This document shows positions 62,924-64,000 of a stretch of DNA of 64,000 bases, piece after piece. The translations under genes were made by a program, and so were the position numbers. Position 1 is the first letter of the stretch; every line of letters begins with the position of its first letter. Under the pieces are notes generated by a model. The model was not told the origin of the DNA. It saw nothing but the letters and a program-made list of their open reading frames with translations, and did no database searches. Source of the DNA: an uncultured Thermomicrobiales bacterium (GTDB taxonomy: Bacteria > Chloroflexota > Chloroflexia > Thermomicrobiales > CFX8); the NCBI GenBank assembly GCA_964462545.1, contig CAYWXR010000007.1, positions 1,581-65,580 of the forward strand, read 5' to 3'.

Positions 62924-63840
62924 CCGGCGTTCCCGCCCGAGAAGAGTCCCCGTATATGCCGGTTTCGAATACGGTTTGACGGGTTGCGCCGGTCGTCGAT
63001 GGCGGTAGCGGCACGCACCGCTAGCTTCTCCAGGCGATGCTGGCCCGGCGAGGACCAGCGTTGCAGATACCGGGCACGGCTTTGCCAGAGAGCTGCTTCC
63101 ATGTCAGCAGGTCGCTGACTGGTTGATTGACCTCCGAGATGAATGATCCGGGCAGCCGGTGCAAGGAGGCGTGTCCAGCCCGCATCTGCCAGGCGGCGTT
63201 GCAGGTCGACTTCCTCACTGTACATAAAATACGACTCGTCAAACCCGCCTACCTGCTCAAAGGCACTCCGGCGGATCATCAGGGCAGCGCCGAGAGCGTA
63301 GTCAATTGCGTAGGGGAGTTCGCCATTCCCGGTGTGAATCCGCCCGTTGAGGGGAGATTCATAGAGCCGTGCCGGCAGCGGCAGCAGGTCGAACAGCAGG
63401 TTGGCAACACCGGGAAAGCGATACCCGGCGGATTGCAGCGTGCCATCCCGGTTCAGGAGCATCGGTGCGACCAGTCCGATGTGAGGTGCAATCTGCATGG
63501 TGTTCCAGAGCAGGTCGAGCGACCCGGGCAGGAGGAATGTGTCCGGATTCAGAAGGAGAAGTGCTTCGCCTCGGGCCGCCGCGGCACCGGCATTGCAGGC
63601 CGCGCCGTACCCCAGGTTGGTTTCCAGTTCGATGAGGCGGTCGACCGGATGATTCTCGACGACTTGCCGGTAGTCCCGTTCATCCGAACCGTTGTCGACG
63701 ACGATTACCTCGACACTGGAATCACTGGCTTCAGTTCCCTGGAAGATTGAGGCAAGACAACCATCGAGCAGACGGGCGACGTTCCAGTTGATGATGACAA
63801 TCGAGATGTCAATTCTGGCTTGTGGATGCGGCATTGTCAC
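62920..63840 (-). CDS. GT2 family glycosyltransferase
   Basis: 306 aa. ISIVIINWNVARLL..VIVVDNGSDE..NLGYGAACNAG..LNPDTF.. First gene of the five-gene chain. Confidence 0.85.
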   Translation of the reverse strand: MTMPHPQARIDISIVIINWNVARLLDGCLASIFQGTEASDSSVEVIVVDNGSDERDYRQVVENHPVDRLIELETNLGYGAACNAGAAAARGEALLLLNPDTFLLPGSLDLLWNTMQIAPHIGLVAPMLLNRDGTLQSAGYRFPGVANLLFDLLPLPARLYESPLNGRIHTGNGELPYAIDYALGAALMIRRSAFEQVGGFDESYFMYSEEVDLQRRLADAGWTRLLAPAARIIHLGGQSTSQRPADMEAALWQSRARYLQRWSSPGQHRLEKLAVRAATAIDDRRNPSNRIRNRHIRGLFSGGNAG

Positions 63841-63933
63841 CGGATACCCCCGTTTGTGATGGTTCCGGTGCTCATGCTACACTCTCGCCACGGAGAGAGC
63901 GCCTGGAGCGCGTCAATTGTCTGCGCACGTTTC

Positions 63934-64000
63934 ATGAAATTGACACAATCTTCCTTTATCATTCCGGCGCTCGACGGGGCGCACGGCACTAATTGTATGA
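63934..64000 (+). CDS. possible 5' end of a divergent gene running off the right edge
   Basis: The frame is open from ATG 63859 or 63934 to the window end. MKLTQSSFIIPALDGAHG.. is vaguely reminiscent of nucleotide-sugar transferase N-termini, but it is too short to call. Confidence 0.2.
   Translation, partial: MKLTQSSFIIPALDGAHGTNCM

Overview
This is a gene-dense chromosomal core segment of moderately high GC, with about 60 protein genes on both strands. I could not recognise any rRNA, tRNA, CRISPR array, transposase or integrase by eye.

Gene content, left to right:
- A partial MFS transporter, an ArsR/SRPBCC pair, RNase Z, gamma-glutamyltransferase, DUF3090 and panE-panB.
- A secreted clan GH-A lipoprotein and an atypical SDR.
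- A complete oxidative pentose-phosphate operon (fused tal-pgi, gnd, zwf, opcA, pgl) preceded by an acyl/acetyl-CoA synthetase.
- A zinc-ribbon membrane protein.
- A nine-gene aromatic operon (trpE-G-D-C-F-B-A, AroH chorismate mutase, DAHP synthase).
- An envelope cluster: PimA-like GT4, CDP-alcohol phosphatidyltransferase, ComEC-like MBL hydrolase, DUF3006 and a LysM lipoprotein.
- A second atypical SDR, guaB, an orphan parA, a second DAHP synthase, DUF3267, selB, a PIG-L deacetylase, yidD, pyrF and a threonine-dehydratase-like enzyme.
- A large TPR protein next to a large membrane protein.
- Ferredoxin, CapA, asd, hom, an epimerase, ybaB, recN, a YeiH-family protein and an amidinotransferase-fold enzyme.
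- A five-gene translationally coupled glycosyltransferase operon (3x GT2, GT4, GT-C).

Lineage guess, inference only: a monoderm Terrabacteria organism, most consistent with Chloroflexota (Thermomicrobia-like).

I found no defence island or mobile element. The layer most worth a second look is RNA-level and promoter-level regulation, read directly from the sequence:
1. A tRNA-Trp T-box leader in front of the trp/aro operon.
2. A leader peptide with the run Phe-Gly-Tyr-Trp-Phe-Tyr-Phe plus an intrinsic terminator in front of the second DAHP synthase.
3. A thrL-like leader peptide (..NTIITTTAGAGA..) plus a terminator in front of asd.
4. A nearly identical 29-nt promoter block shared by the two aromatic units.
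5. An orphan promoter, strong SD, 14-codon ORF and terminator mini-unit with mutually exclusive hairpins.
6. Several promoters with leaderless geometry.

All functional calls come from motif recognition and memory of protein families. No searches or folding programs were run, and many start codons are uncertain by a few codons.
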